64,000 nt of DNA, taken from NCBI GenBank assembly GCA_963760795.1, contig CAVXEP010000020.1, positions 161,807-225,806 of the forward strand, given 5' to 3'. The position numbers and the translations under genes were made by a program. This DNA comes from an uncultured delta proteobacterium (GTDB lineage: Bacteria; Desulfobacterota; Binatia; UBA9968). Shown piece by piece: positions 42,558-53,197 of the stretch. The notes under the pieces were generated by a model. It ran no database searches. It saw only the letters and a program-made list of their open reading frames with translations, and was not told the DNA's origin. Numbering within the stretch: the stretch's first letter is position 1; each line of letters starts with the position of its first letter.

Positions 42558-42630
42558 CAAGCCCGCGATGATTTCGTTTCAATCGAGTTTATCTTCTATA
42601 ATTCATATAGAAAGCACGCCGACATAAGAC

Positions 42631-42646
42631 TGGCATCGCCCTTGCT
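42631..42646 (+). promoter_or_regulatory. Sigma54 (-24/-12) promoter of the fasciclin gene
   Basis: TGGCATCGCCCTTGCT with exact GG-N10-GC spacing, preceded by an AT-rich tract. Confidence 0.8.
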
Positions 42647-42700
42647 CTAGTACCGCGCCAGGAAGATTAAGAAACAATAAATAACAAGGAGGAAAGAAAA

Positions 42701-43195
42701 ATGAAAATCTTCAAAGGAGCAGTAGCGGCAATGGTGATCAGCTTGGGATTGGGTTTGGCCGCGCCGGTGAAAGCAGAAATGGCAGCGGAGAAAGATATCG
42801 TCGACACTGCGGTGTCGGCCGGCTCGTTCACGACGTTAGTTGCCGCGGTAAAGGCGGCTGGATTGGTGGATACGCTCAAAGGCAAGGGACCGTTTACGGT
42901 GTTCGCCCCGACAGACGAAGCGTTTGCAAAGCTCCCTGTCGGTACGGTGGAAAATCTGCTCAAGCCGGAAAATCGTAGTAAGCTGCAAGCGATTCTTACC
43001 TATCATGTTGTGGCCGGCCAAGTGACCGCAAGCGATGTGGTCAATCTTAAGAGCGCAAAGACGGCCAACGGTAGTTCGCTGAAGATCAATGTCGCGGACG
43101 GTAAAGTCATGGTGGACAACGCACAAGTTGTTCGCACCGATATCATGGCCAGCAACGGTGTGATCCACGTGATCGACACGGTCGTGATCCCGTAG
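42701..43195 (+). CDS. Secreted fasciclin (FAS1) domain protein, Nex18/MPB70-like
   Basis: [29 protein letters not shown]; signal peptide; AGGAGG RBS. Confidence 0.95.
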   Translation: MKIFKGAVAAMVISLGLGLAAPVKAEMAAEKDIVDTAVSAGSFTTLVAAVKAAGLVDTLKGKGPFTVFAPTDEAFAKLPVGTVENLLKPENRSKLQAILTYHVVAGQVTASDVVNLKSAKTANGSSLKINVADGKVMVDNAQVVRTDIMASNGVIHVIDTVVIP

Positions 43196-43212
43196 GTGAT
43201 AACTAGCGCAAC

Positions 43213-43248
43213 ATGCGGCTGGAGCCCTTGCTTCAGCCGCATTTTTTT
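43213..43248 (+). terminator. Intrinsic terminator
   Basis: ATGCGGCTGGAG-loop-CTTCAGCCGCAT followed by a T tract. Confidence 0.85.
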
Positions 43249-43450
43249 GACTTTCTCCCCCTTCGTCAAGACCCTCTTACGATCCTAACCTAATGCACCC
43301 CCTAACGGACGGCCTCGCTGGCCGCTGGCAGAAAGAACTGGCGCCAAGAGGCATGCGGTGAATTCACGCTTTGCATCCTGCGCCGAGCTTGATATGTAGT
43401 CGAGCGGTTTTCACCGCGTGTCGAGGCCAATGACGCAAGGAGGCGGGCAT

Positions 43451-44497
43451 ATGAAAATCCGCGAAATAGTTGTCAAAACTTTTGGCGTAACACGGCTTGG
43501 CATCACGCTCTCGATCATCGGCGCGGTTCTAATCATCATGCCAGGCGACGGCCGAGGCGCCCCAGCGCCAAGCCGGGTTGTGATCGCTTATCCGAGCCCG
43601 AGTCCTCGCGTCGCGCCGTTGTGGGTCGCCCAGGACTTGGACTTCTTCGGCAAATATGGAGTGCGCCCGCAGGTGGTGCTGGTGCGTAACAATCAGATGC
43701 TCAGCGCCGGTCTCATCTCCGGCGATCTCGAAGTTGGCTACACCGGCGGTACGACGGTGCTCGGCGCGGCGGCGGCTGGCGCTGAACTAAAGATGATTGC
43801 CAACTTCGTCAGCCGCGGCAAAGGCCACCTGCTGGTCCGCTCGGATATCAAGAAACCGGCCGACTTGGCCGGCAAACGCATCGGCGTTCAAAGTATCGGT
43901 GGGACCCTTTGGATGTACGTCATGCTCACACTCGAACAACTCGGTCTCGATTTGGCGCGCGACAAGATACGGCTGCTCATCATCGGCGATCAAACCGTGA
44001 CCGTCCGCGCCCTGGAGTCGCAGGTGATCGATGCCACCGTGCTCACCACGCGCACCTATATTCCCGGCCTGCTGCAAAAGGGCTTCAACATCTTGACCGA
44101 AGTCAATCCCGCGATGGCCGCCACCGGTATGGTTACACGCAAGAATTATCTCGAGAAAAATCCCGCGCTACTGGAAAATGTCCTGAAGGCGCTGATCGAA
44201 GGCGAGTATTTTTCCCTTGCCCCCAGTGGCAAAGCCCAAACCATCAAATCGATCATGAACCATCTCAGGCTTACCGATTCGGCCTCCGCCGAAGAAGGAC
44301 ATGGCGATCTTGCCAAGGAGTTCGAAGCCAAACCGTACCCGTCGCTCGAAGGGCTGAAGAACATGCAGCGGCTTTTGGCGATGCAAAACCCCAAACTCGC
44401 CGACGTCAATCCGGCGAGCCTGATGGACAGTTCGTTCATCCGCAAATTGGACGACAACGGCTTTTTCGCCCAGATGCAGGCGCGCTACCGCGAGTAA
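43451..44497 (+). CDS. ABC-type solute-binding protein, SsuA/NMT1-THI5-like
   Basis: FFGKYGV, DLAGKRIGVQSIGG, DSSFIRKLDDNGF; GGAGG RBS. Confidence 0.9.
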   Translation: MKIREIVVKTFGVTRLGITLSIIGAVLIIMPGDGRGAPAPSRVVIAYPSPSPRVAPLWVAQDLDFFGKYGVRPQVVLVRNNQMLSAGLISGDLEVGYTGGTTVLGAAAAGAELKMIANFVSRGKGHLLVRSDIKKPADLAGKRIGVQSIGGTLWMYVMLTLEQLGLDLARDKIRLLIIGDQTVTVRALESQVIDATVLTTRTYIPGLLQKGFNILTEVNPAMAATGMVTRKNYLEKNPALLENVLKALIEGEYFSLAPSGKAQTIKSIMNHLRLTDSASAEEGHGDLAKEFEAKPYPSLEGLKNMQRLLAMQNPKLADVNPASLMDSSFIRKLDDNGFFAQMQARYRE

Positions 44498-44560
44498 GCA
44501 GCGCAGTTACTATTGGTAATTTTGAATTCTGGAATCTGAAATTCACAGCGAAGCGATGAC

Positions 44561-45874
44561 TTACGCGCGCGCCGCTTGGGCGCCCACAGGCAGAGCCGGC
44601 GCTTGATCCTGATCCCGGCGAATCATCATCGCCATCCCAGCAGCGAGCAAACCCATGACGGCGCCACTCATAAAAGCGTAGTAGTATTCGCCAAACTCGC
44701 TGTAGATCCAGCCGGCGCCGAGAGCGGCGATGGCACTGCCGATTTGGTGCGATGCGAAGACCAAGCCGAAGAGCACGCCGACGCGGTCCTGGCCAAAATG
44801 TTTGGCGATCAGCGCCACCGTCGCCGGTCCGGTGGCGAACCAGTCGAAGCCATACAAAACCGCGAAGACGAATAAGCTGGGCGAGTCGGTCACATAGGGC
44901 AAGACGAACAGCGACAATCCACGGAACAAATAGGCCGCCGACAATACTTTGCGCTCATCCATCCGGTCGCATAGCCAACCGGCAAACATCGTCCCGACAA
45001 AACTCGCCACTCCCATGATGCCCACCGCCGTCGCCGCCGTCACCTCCGCGATGCCGCGCTCGATGGCGTGGGGAATCATATGCGTGCCGACCAAACCGTT
45101 GGAGGTCATGCCGCAGATGAAGAAACTGCCGCTCAAGAGCCAGAACGTCGGCGTCTTGATCGCATCTTCGAAGGCGGCAAAGGAAAATGGCCGCGGCGCC
45201 GCGCGCGCCTGATTGCGTTGTTCCGCGGTTGTCGTACCGTCGCTGTAAGGTTCGAGGCCAAGCTCCGCAGGATAGTCGCGCAGCCACAACCAGATCACCG
45301 GCAGCAGCAATAACGCCGTGCCGACGATCAACATCATCGCCGTGCGCCAACCATGGGAGACGATTAGCGCCATGAGAATCGGCAAGAAAATGACCTGCCC
45401 GGTGGCATTGGCATTGGTCAGGATACCGAGCGCCAAGCCGCGCCGGGCGATAAACCAGCGGCTCGCCACGCTCGCCGCCAGCGCCGGTGTCACACCGGTG
45501 GCGATGCCAAGGACAATTCCCCAGAGAAAAATAAAGTGCCAGAGCTCGCTGACAAACACGGTACCGGTGACGCCGACGGCGATAGTCGCGAGAGAGCCGA
45601 TCACGACGCGTCGAGCACCGTAACGATCGAGCAGCCAACCGCCCACCGGCGCCATCAAACCATAGGTGAGTAAATTCAAACTCGCCGCCGCAGAGATCGC
45701 CGTTCGTCCCCAACCGAACTCCCGCTCCAAAGGATGAATCAACACCGAAGGCGCCGAGCGCACCGCCGACGCGGCAAGATAAGCGAGAAAGCTCAGCCCG
45801 ATGATGAACCAGCCATAGTAGAATGGCAGCGCGAACGGCGGCTGCGGCGCCGGCTGGTTATCGTTCTCATCCAT
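44561..45874 (-). CDS. MFS transporter
   Basis: GWLLDRYGARRV; about 12 TM segments; paralog of 29506..30828. Confidence 0.92.
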   Translation of the reverse strand: MDENDNQPAPQPPFALPFYYGWFIIGLSFLAYLAASAVRSAPSVLIHPLEREFGWGRTAISAAASLNLLTYGLMAPVGGWLLDRYGARRVVIGSLATIAVGVTGTVFVSELWHFIFLWGIVLGIATGVTPALAASVASRWFIARRGLALGILTNANATGQVIFLPILMALIVSHGWRTAMMLIVGTALLLLPVIWLWLRDYPAELGLEPYSDGTTTAEQRNQARAAPRPFSFAAFEDAIKTPTFWLLSGSFFICGMTSNGLVGTHMIPHAIERGIAEVTAATAVGIMGVASFVGTMFAGWLCDRMDERKVLSAAYLFRGLSLFVLPYVTDSPSLFVFAVLYGFDWFATGPATVALIAKHFGQDRVGVLFGLVFASHQIGSAIAALGAGWIYSEFGEYYYAFMSGAVMGLLAAGMAMMIRRDQDQAPALPVGAQAARA

Positions 45875-45947
45875 TGTTTTCGTCTATCACAAGCGACCGC
45901 AGCGCATAAGTGTTGAAAAACACTGCTGAGGAAGCAGAGAAGGCCGG

Positions 45948-46035
45948 ATCTCACCACGAAACTCACGAAGGACACGAAGGTTTCGGAAAATTACGATTCC
46001 AAACTTCGTGCTCTTCGTGTCCTTCGTGGTGAGAT
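45948..46035. repeat. 9-nt-periodic palindromic element (simple form)
   Basis: ATCTCACCACGAAACTCACGAAGGACACGAAG...CTTCGTGCTCTTCGTGTCCTTCGTGGTGAGAT. Confidence 0.8.
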
Positions 46036-46063
46036 GTCTTTGATACCGAAGATCCAATCTCGT

Positions 46064-46798
46064 CTACGGCGCCGCCGGCGGCGCAACGGCCACACCGCGA
46101 ATGCCCGCGCGCTCAAGCGCCTGGGCGACAAAGCCGGACGCTTTCACATCCTCGATAAACTGACGCAAACATTTCAAACCCGCAGCGCGTCCAAGCGGCA
46201 TGCCCATCGCCTGTTCGATCGCCATGAAGCGCTCGTCGAACACGCGCGAACCTGGAAGTTTGGCGGCGTTGGCCATCAGCGCCTGGCGCACGCCGGCGAC
46301 AACATCGACTTTGCCCTCAATGATCAGATTGAACGCGGTATTTGGGCTCTCCGCCTTGATCATTTGCGCCTGCTTCAAGTTTCGGCTCAAGAACAAATGG
46401 TAAGCACTGCCCGTCGACACCCCGACACGCACGCCGGCTTGATCGACATCGGCGATGGATTGAATCGGCGATCCCGGCGGCGTTAAATAGGTGCCCTCGA
46501 TCAGCAGATAAGGCGCAGTAAACGCGATTTCATCCGCCCGTCCCGGCTCCACCGCGAGAAAAGCCGTGTCCCAAGCGCCCGCCTTCACCGCCGCAGCCAT
46601 CTTGCCAGCGGATTCAAAGGCCACGAGCTCCACCGCTAGCTCGCATCGGCGGCCCAATTCCCGGGCTAAATCCACCGCCACGCCGCGCAACTCGCCGCTC
46701 GCCGCATCCCGGCTCGCCAGCACCGCATTGCCATAGTTGATGCCGATACGAAGTTTGCCCGACGGCGCGAGTTCATCTTTAACGGTTTGTGCGATCAT
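46064..46798 (-). CDS. Family-3 (polar amino acid type) solute-binding-fold protein, no signal peptide
   Basis: GKLRIGIN, GVAVDLA, IAFTAPY, DVKASG. Confidence 0.85.
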   Translation of the reverse strand: MIAQTVKDELAPSGKLRIGINYGNAVLASRDAASGELRGVAVDLARELGRRCELAVELVAFESAGKMAAAVKAGAWDTAFLAVEPGRADEIAFTAPYLLIEGTYLTPPGSPIQSIADVDQAGVRVGVSTGSAYHLFLSRNLKQAQMIKAESPNTAFNLIIEGKVDVVAGVRQALMANAAKLPGSRVFDERFMAIEQAMGMPLGRAAGLKCLRQFIEDVKASGFVAQALERAGIRGVAVAPPAAP

Positions 46799-46885
46799 TC
46801 ATTCATTCCTTACGAAGGTTAATTACCATACGTGACGCTACGCGCTACCGACCAATGCGTCAAGGAACCAATGCGGAAACAACGC

Positions 46886-46943
46886 CATCCTCGATCCGCC
46901 ATTGTCAATTATCCATTGTCAATTCTCAATTTTCGAAGCGATG
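46886..46943. repeat. Degenerate 7-nt tandem repeat (CAATTnT/CCATTGT) ending in CGAAGCGATG
   Basis: ccattgt caattat ccattgt caattct caatttt cgaagcgatg. Confidence 0.55.
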
Positions 46944-47002
46944 TTCATGAGCACTTGCGCTCCACACCGATCGGTAATACCAAGTGACAGGAGAAATTTT
47001 CC

Positions 47003-47911
47003 ATGGGCTACTTACCGAAAGCCGGCGTCGGATTTGAACTGATAGAATTTCGCAGCAACGGCAGAGACGTGCAGGGCGGCATCTTCAGCCCCGATGCGAA
47101 ATTATTCAAGCCGTCATCAACCGCAGTGGTATTAGTGCACGGCGTTGAATCCTATTGGTACGCCGCGCCGACGATGTTTCTCGGCGCCTATCTCGCCGAA
47201 GCGGGCTACACCGTGCTGGGCTACAACGGCGTCCATTCGGGAGATTCCTTTCGCACTTCGGAATTTGACACAGCGGTGAGCGAAGCCGGCGATGCGGTTT
47301 CGTTCATGACCAGCCGCGGCTGCGACAGGATCTTTCTCGCCGGCCATAGCCTCGGCACGCCGATCGTCGAATACTATCAAGGCGATCAGCCGCACCCGGC
47401 GGTCAAGGCCCTGGGCGTCTACGGCCCGCATATCGACATCCCGACCGTGACTCGCGATTCTTTGCTCGGCCCCGACCTATACGAAAACTTCGTCAGCGAA
47501 TGCCGCGAGTTGGTCGCCGCCGGCAAAGGCGACGAGATCAAGCTGCTGCCCTTTCGCGAAGGCAAGTTCATCATCACTTCGGCGAAAACCTTTCTCAGCT
47601 ACCGGGACGTCAAAACTAGCAAGGCCAATGTCGAGAAAATGATTGGCAATATCAAGGTGCCGTTTCTGATCGTTTATGACGACGGCGACAACATCCAAGG
47701 CAAAGGCATAGTCACCCGGCGCGCAACCATCGCCGGCAGAATCAAAGAGAATGCGGTTAAATCACCGCAAGCCGAGATCGTCGTCATTCCCAGCAGCCCC
47801 GGCAACTCGCCATTCCAAGCCCACTTGTTCGTCAACAATGAGAGAATGGTCACGAACCAGACCGTCGATTGGTTAAAATCGATTGGCCTGCCGCCGGCAC
47901 AGCGCTGTTAA
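47003..47911 (+). CDS. Alpha/beta hydrolase family protein
   Basis: VLVHG, nucleophile elbow GHSLG, C-terminal AHLF; AGGAG RBS. Confidence 0.82.
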   Translation: MGYLPKAGVGFELIEFRSNGRDVQGGIFSPDAKLFKPSSTAVVLVHGVESYWYAAPTMFLGAYLAEAGYTVLGYNGVHSGDSFRTSEFDTAVSEAGDAVSFMTSRGCDRIFLAGHSLGTPIVEYYQGDQPHPAVKALGVYGPHIDIPTVTRDSLLGPDLYENFVSECRELVAAGKGDEIKLLPFREGKFIITSAKTFLSYRDVKTSKANVEKMIGNIKVPFLIVYDDGDNIQGKGIVTRRATIAGRIKENAVKSPQAEIVVIPSSPGNSPFQAHLFVNNERMVTNQTVDWLKSIGLPPAQRC

Positions 47912-48035
47912 GTGACAATTTTTTGCTGGCCTGGGTTTTTCCTGGCTGATTGCCCGACTTTTCTTTCTCCGCGCTGCATTCTTGGCGCAACGTTGCTATA
48001 CTCACTCGATTCACTCTACGCATAAGGTTTCATCC

Positions 48036-50427
48036 ATGACGCAAAATGTTTCCGAAGCTAGCCAAAGCAAAATCATCCAACTGATCGCCGGCGAACTCAG
48101 CGTCGGCGCCCACCAGGTCGCCGCCGCCGTCGCATTGTTGAATGAAGGGGCGACCGTGCCGTTCATCGCCCGTTATCGCAAGGAAGTCACCGGCAATCTC
48201 GACGACACCCAGCTGCGCAATCTCGAGGAGCGGCTGCTCTATCTGCGCGAGTTGGAAGATCGGCGCGGGACGATCTTGGCGTCCATCGAAGAGCAGGGCA
48301 AGCTCACCGATGAACTGCGCGCCGCCGTCGAAGGCGCCGCCACCAAGCAAGCGCTGGAAGATATTTATCTGCCCTTCAAACCCAAGCGCCGCACCAAGGC
48401 GCAGATCGCCCGCGAAGCCGGCCTTGAACCTCTAGCCGACGCGCTACTCGGCGATCCGACCCTCGATCCGCAAGAAGAAGCGGCAAAATTCGTCAACGAA
48501 AAGCCGGCCGCCGAGAACGGCGTGCCCGATGTCAAAGCCGCCCTCGATGGCGCCCGCGATATTTTATCCGAGCGTTTCGCCGAGACCGCCGACCTGCTTG
48601 GCGAAGCTGCGCACGCGCCTGTGGGACGAGGGCGTCGTCACCTCAAAAGTGATGAAAGATAAGGAAATGGCCGAAGCGGAAAAGTTTCGCGACTACTATG
48701 CCTACAACGAAACCATTCGCACCATTCCTTCCCATCGCGCGTTGGCCTTGTTCCGCGGCCAAACCTTGGGCGTGCTATCCATTAATCTAGGTCTTGACGA
48801 GAAACTGGAGGCGGTTGTGCCACATCCCTGCGTCGCCATGATCGCCGGCCATTTTGGCATCGCAGATCGCGGCCGGCGCGCCGACAAGTGGCTCGCCGAT
48901 GTTTGCAACTGGACCTGGCGGGTCAAAGCCCATCTGCATATCAGCACCGAACTATTGATGCAGCTGCGCGAGGCCGCCGAAGCTGAAGCGATAAAAATCT
49001 TCGGCCGCAACCTGCACGACCTGCTGCTCGCCGCGCCGGCGGGCCCAAAGGCAGTGCTCGGCCTCGACCCCGGCATCCGTACTGGCTGTAAAATCGCCGT
49101 GGTCGACGCCACCGGCAAACTGCTGGAGACCGCGACGATCTATCCGCACCAACCGCGCAACGATTGGGACGGTTCACTGGCGACCTTGGCGCGTCTGACC
49201 GTGCAGCATAAGGCGGAATTGATTGCCATCGGCAACGGCACCGCCAGCCGCGAGACCGACAAGCTCGCCGCCGAAGCGATAAAACTCATCGCCGCGAAAA
49301 TACCGGAACGTAAAGTGAATAAGATTGTCGTCAGCGAAGCCGGCGCCTCGGTCTACTCGGCATCGGCATTCGCCGCCGCTGAATTTCCCGAACTCGACGT
49401 GAGTCTGCGCGGCGCCGTGTCCATCGCCCGGCGCCTGCAAGATCCGTTGGCCGAGCTGGTCAAGATCGAACCCAAAGCCATCGGCGTTGGGCAATACCAA
49501 CATGACGTCAATCAACGCGCCCTGGCGCGCAACCTCGACGCCACCGTCGAGGACTGCGTCAATGCCGTCGGTGTCGACCTCAACACGGCATCCGTGGCGC
49601 TGCTCACCCGCGTGTCGGGACTCAACAGCCTGCTGGCAAAAAATATCGTCGAGTTCCGCAACGCCAACGGCGCCTTTCGCAATCGCAAATCACTGACCAA
49701 AGTTCCTCGCTTGGGCGACAAGACCTTCGAGCAAGCCGCCGGTTTTCTGCGCGTCAACGACGGCGACAACCCGCTCGACCGCTCGGCTGTCCATCCGGAA
49801 GCCTATCCGGTGGTCGAACGGATCCTGGCGCAGTGTGGCAAGGGTATCGGCGAAGTGATGGGCCAAGCGGCGGTGTTGAAAGAACTAAAACCCGAACAAT
49901 TCACCGACGACAAGTTCGGCGTGCCGACGGTCAAAGATATTTTGGCGGAATTGGAAAAGCCCGGCCGCGATCCGCGCCCGGAATTCAGAACCGCGACCTT
50001 TCAAGAAGGCGTCGAAGCGATTTCAGACTTGCAGCCCGGCATGATCCTCGAAGGCGTCGTCACCAACGTCGCCGCCTTCGGCGCCTTCGTCGACATCGGC
50101 GTGCATCAGGACGGCCTGGTGCATGTCTCTGCCTTGGCGAATAAGTTCGTCAAAGATCCCCACGAAGTCGTCAAACCCGGCCAGATCGTCAAAGTCAAAG
50201 TGATGGACGTCGACGTCAAGCGTCAACGCATCGCCCTCACCATGCGTCTTGACGACGCGCCGGGCAATGCGCAGCGTTCAAGCGAAACACGCGCGCAAAC
50301 GACTCCCGATGGCGCGCGCAGCCAGCGAGACAAGCCGCCGCCGCAATCGATTCGACCGCAAAACCGCCCGCCGCAGCCGACCGGGCTGTTCGCCATCGCG
50401 CTGGAAAAAGCCAAGCTGAAGAAATAA
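48036..50427 (+). CDS. tex: Tex family RNA-binding transcriptional accessory protein (apparent +1 frameshift ~48600)
   Basis: [41 protein letters not shown]1 domain [16 protein letters not shown]. Confidence 0.93.
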
Positions 50428-51552
50428 CCGGCGAGATCGCGCCGGTGACAATCGGTCAGCTCAAAATCTCCAACCCGAATCAGTTCACGAGCCTTTCTGT
50501 TATTTGACCTAGGCGCCGCGCCACGAGAAACGCCGGCCAGCCGATTTCTTGAGATCCCACACCTAGACGATCACACAGCTGGGGCAATATATTTTCAACG
50601 ATTCTACCCGACGCAAACCGGCTTGCAGTATAGCCGCAGCGGACCCGCCGCCTATATTTCTACAATGGCGGCGTCGCTACTAAGACCCAGCGCATTACTC
50701 GTGGATTTACCTGAAGACACCTCAGACAAATATCAAAGGATTTTTTTGAGAGAGCATTCAAACACATCCTGCGAATGAGAGAGCAACCGCGAACCAACAA
50801 GAATTTTCAGAATGATCGATATCGATTATTAAAACTTAGTTTCATTATAGAATTGCTTGTCATTGCTTTTTTTTTGTCAAAACAACTTGAGAAAATCTTT
50901 AAACGCTTGACACTCGATACGATCTTAAATAAATATGCGGACTCATTTTCAAATTAAAACGGTACACCGATGCAAATATTCGCGTGGGTTAGGATTACGC
51001 AACGTGACTCGACTAATACATTATTCCCCAGCCCTAGGCCTTGTCTGTTCATTTTGTCGGCATGCGAAATGTCGCGCTTGCGTCGAACTGTCCTCCAGCG
51101 TTCTCGCCTGCTGCAATTGCCGAGCGAAAGCAATCAGCCGGCTCTCGTACCTTCAAGAACCTTATCACCCGGACGAATCGACGCACGATGAAAAAAGTCA
51201 GAAGCGTAAATGACTATCCAAATGGGGCACACTGACGAAAGAATGAGCAGATTTGATCGTAGAAGACTGCGCTTCAATCCTGGTATACGAAGTCCAAGAA
51301 GTTTTTTAAGTAGTCGGGACTTCCTTGGCGTTTTCGTTGGCCGTTTTGAATTCTAAGTAACTGATTTTCGCGTCGAGATCGAGATTGATGATGTCCCCAA
51401 CCCATCGGCTGCGTACTGACGGAAAACTCCCTCTGCGTCTCGCGGTAACAAAGTCTAACTCGGCAACGTCTTCGATGAAGATTTCTGCGACGACACGAGC
51501 GATAGTTCACTTCCATCGACGAGTTTTCGATTACGGAGAGTTAGTTTGATTG

Positions 51553-52008
51553 CTAAAACCAATCTACAGCGATCGCCAACAACAGCATGAAAATGACAGC
51601 CGCGATGATCCATGGATCTTTCACGGTGTCTAAGACCACGCGCCGGACCAACGCACGATGCTTTCGCCAAAATGCGACATAGGGGGTTAACCATTGAGTC
51701 ACAGGGGCGACGGGCCGTTTTGCGGTCGCACTGGTTGCTTTGCGGGGCGCGGCGGCGGTATTTCGACGCGGCTCGTTCTTGGGCGGCGACGGTCGGGGTT
51801 CGGGATTTGCCAAGTGCTCCAGAAGCTGATCGTAGGCTTCATTGATTTCCTGAAGCTTTTCCTGCGCGGTCTTGTGCAGACTCGGATTATGCAAAAGCCG
51901 ATCGGGATGCCACTCTTTGACCAGTTCCCGGTAAACCTTCTTCAGCTCTTCGGCTGTGATGCTGGAGTCGACTCCGAGGATTTTGTAATACTCGCTGATA
52001 GATTTCAT
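51553..52008 (-). CDS. J-domain (DnaJ-like) protein with C-terminal membrane anchor
   Basis: YYKILGV, WHPDR, EINEAY; hydrophobic C-terminus. Confidence 0.88.
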   Translation of the reverse strand: MKSISEYYKILGVDSSITAEELKKVYRELVKEWHPDRLLHNPSLHKTAQEKLQEINEAYDQLLEHLANPEPRPSPPKNEPRRNTAAAPRKATSATAKRPVAPVTQWLTPYVAFWRKHRALVRRVVLDTVKDPWIIAAVIFMLLLAIAVDWF

Positions 52009-52169
52009 GGATGCGCGCTTCAGGCTGAATGACTTTGGCTGATTTTAACGTTTTGTTGGCAATCCGAGTTACCGTGGGCGGAGAGTATCGAACCAGCGGC
52101 GTATGGCGATCGCTGGCAGCTTGAGAGGTCGGTTAGGGAAAACGACAAGACGACCGGCGACGACTCAAT

Positions 52170-53174
52170 CTAAAACCTGCCCTCTTGTTCCAATTTTTTC
52201 ACAAACCGTTCGTCGATCAAGTCCTCAGCTTTCAGCGCACGGATCTTGTCGTTGGTCGCGCCAAGAAAGCGGATCGTCGAACGGATGCCGTCGACGTTGG
52301 GAAAGATGCGGCGTTGGTACATATTGCCGAGGCGCTCATAACCGCCGACGGCGTCTTCCACTTGCGCGAGGCGCAGGCCTTTGGCCATGCTTTTAAGCAC
52401 CAGCGATTTGTTTTTCGGGTCGAGAACGAAGCCGATGGAGTCGGTAAGCGCGCGCAGCAGGCGCTCCGTGGAGTCTTGCGAGCTGTTCAAATATCTGCGC
52501 TGGGCCAGCAGCGCGGTGTTTTGATACGGGATGTTGAGCTTGGCGAGATCGGCCAAGACGCGAAAGCCCTGGCGTTCGAGCACGCTGGCAAAAGTGTAGT
52601 TGAAATAAGCGCCGTCGATCACTTTGTTGGGCATTGCCTGCGCGAGCAAAGACTCGTCGCCGACCACGCGTAAAGTTATTTTGTCGCGCTGTGGCTCAAG
52701 CCCCCAGTGCTCAAACGCCAGCATGGAGCGCATCCAGATGCCGCCGCCGAGGCTGGTGACGCCGATGTTTTTGCCCTTCAAGTCAGCCGGCGTCTTGATC
52801 GCCGGAATGACCACGAAGGTGCCTTCGAGCTTGTGAATCAAGCTGGTGATGAACACCGCGTCCAGCCCGTTGGCGATGGCGCCAAGGGTCGAGCCGGTCG
52901 CCGCGCCCAAGTAGAACTGCGCCTCGCCATTCGCCAACGCCGACAGAGCGACAGCGCCGTTGCGCACGTGCACCGCTCGCACATCCAAGCCATGCTTGTT
53001 GAAAATGCCGTAGTCTTTGGCGACAAAGAGCACCGCTTCGCGCTCACTGAGACTGCCGATGGTAATCAGCAATGGATTCGGAGTTGTGGCGGCAGGCGAG
53101 CGCGCGGCGAATGCAAATAGCAGGAAAACATTTGCGAAAACTGCGAGCGCTACTTTGCGACGGCAACCTGCCAT
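52170..53174 (-). CDS. ABC-type solute-binding protein, SsuA/NMT1-THI5-like
   Basis: GIFNKHGLDV, DLKGKNIGVTSLGGG, LEQEGRF; GAGGTG RBS. Confidence 0.9.
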   Translation of the reverse strand: MAGCRRKVALAVFANVFLLFAFAARSPAATTPNPLLITIGSLSEREAVLFVAKDYGIFNKHGLDVRAVHVRNGAVALSALANGEAQFYLGAATGSTLGAIANGLDAVFITSLIHKLEGTFVVIPAIKTPADLKGKNIGVTSLGGGIWMRSMLAFEHWGLEPQRDKITLRVVGDESLLAQAMPNKVIDGAYFNYTFASVLERQGFRVLADLAKLNIPYQNTALLAQRRYLNSSQDSTERLLRALTDSIGFVLDPKNKSLVLKSMAKGLRLAQVEDAVGGYERLGNMYQRRIFPNVDGIRSTIRFLGATNDKIRALKAEDLIDERFVKKLEQEGRF

Positions 53175-53197
53175 TATCACCTCAATTGTCGGTCTCT

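Noticed and set aside
50575-50690. GGGCAA...GACGCAAA resembling a c-di-GMP-I riboswitch
   Set aside because: The GAAA tetraloop stem and the P1/P3 pairing could not be built.
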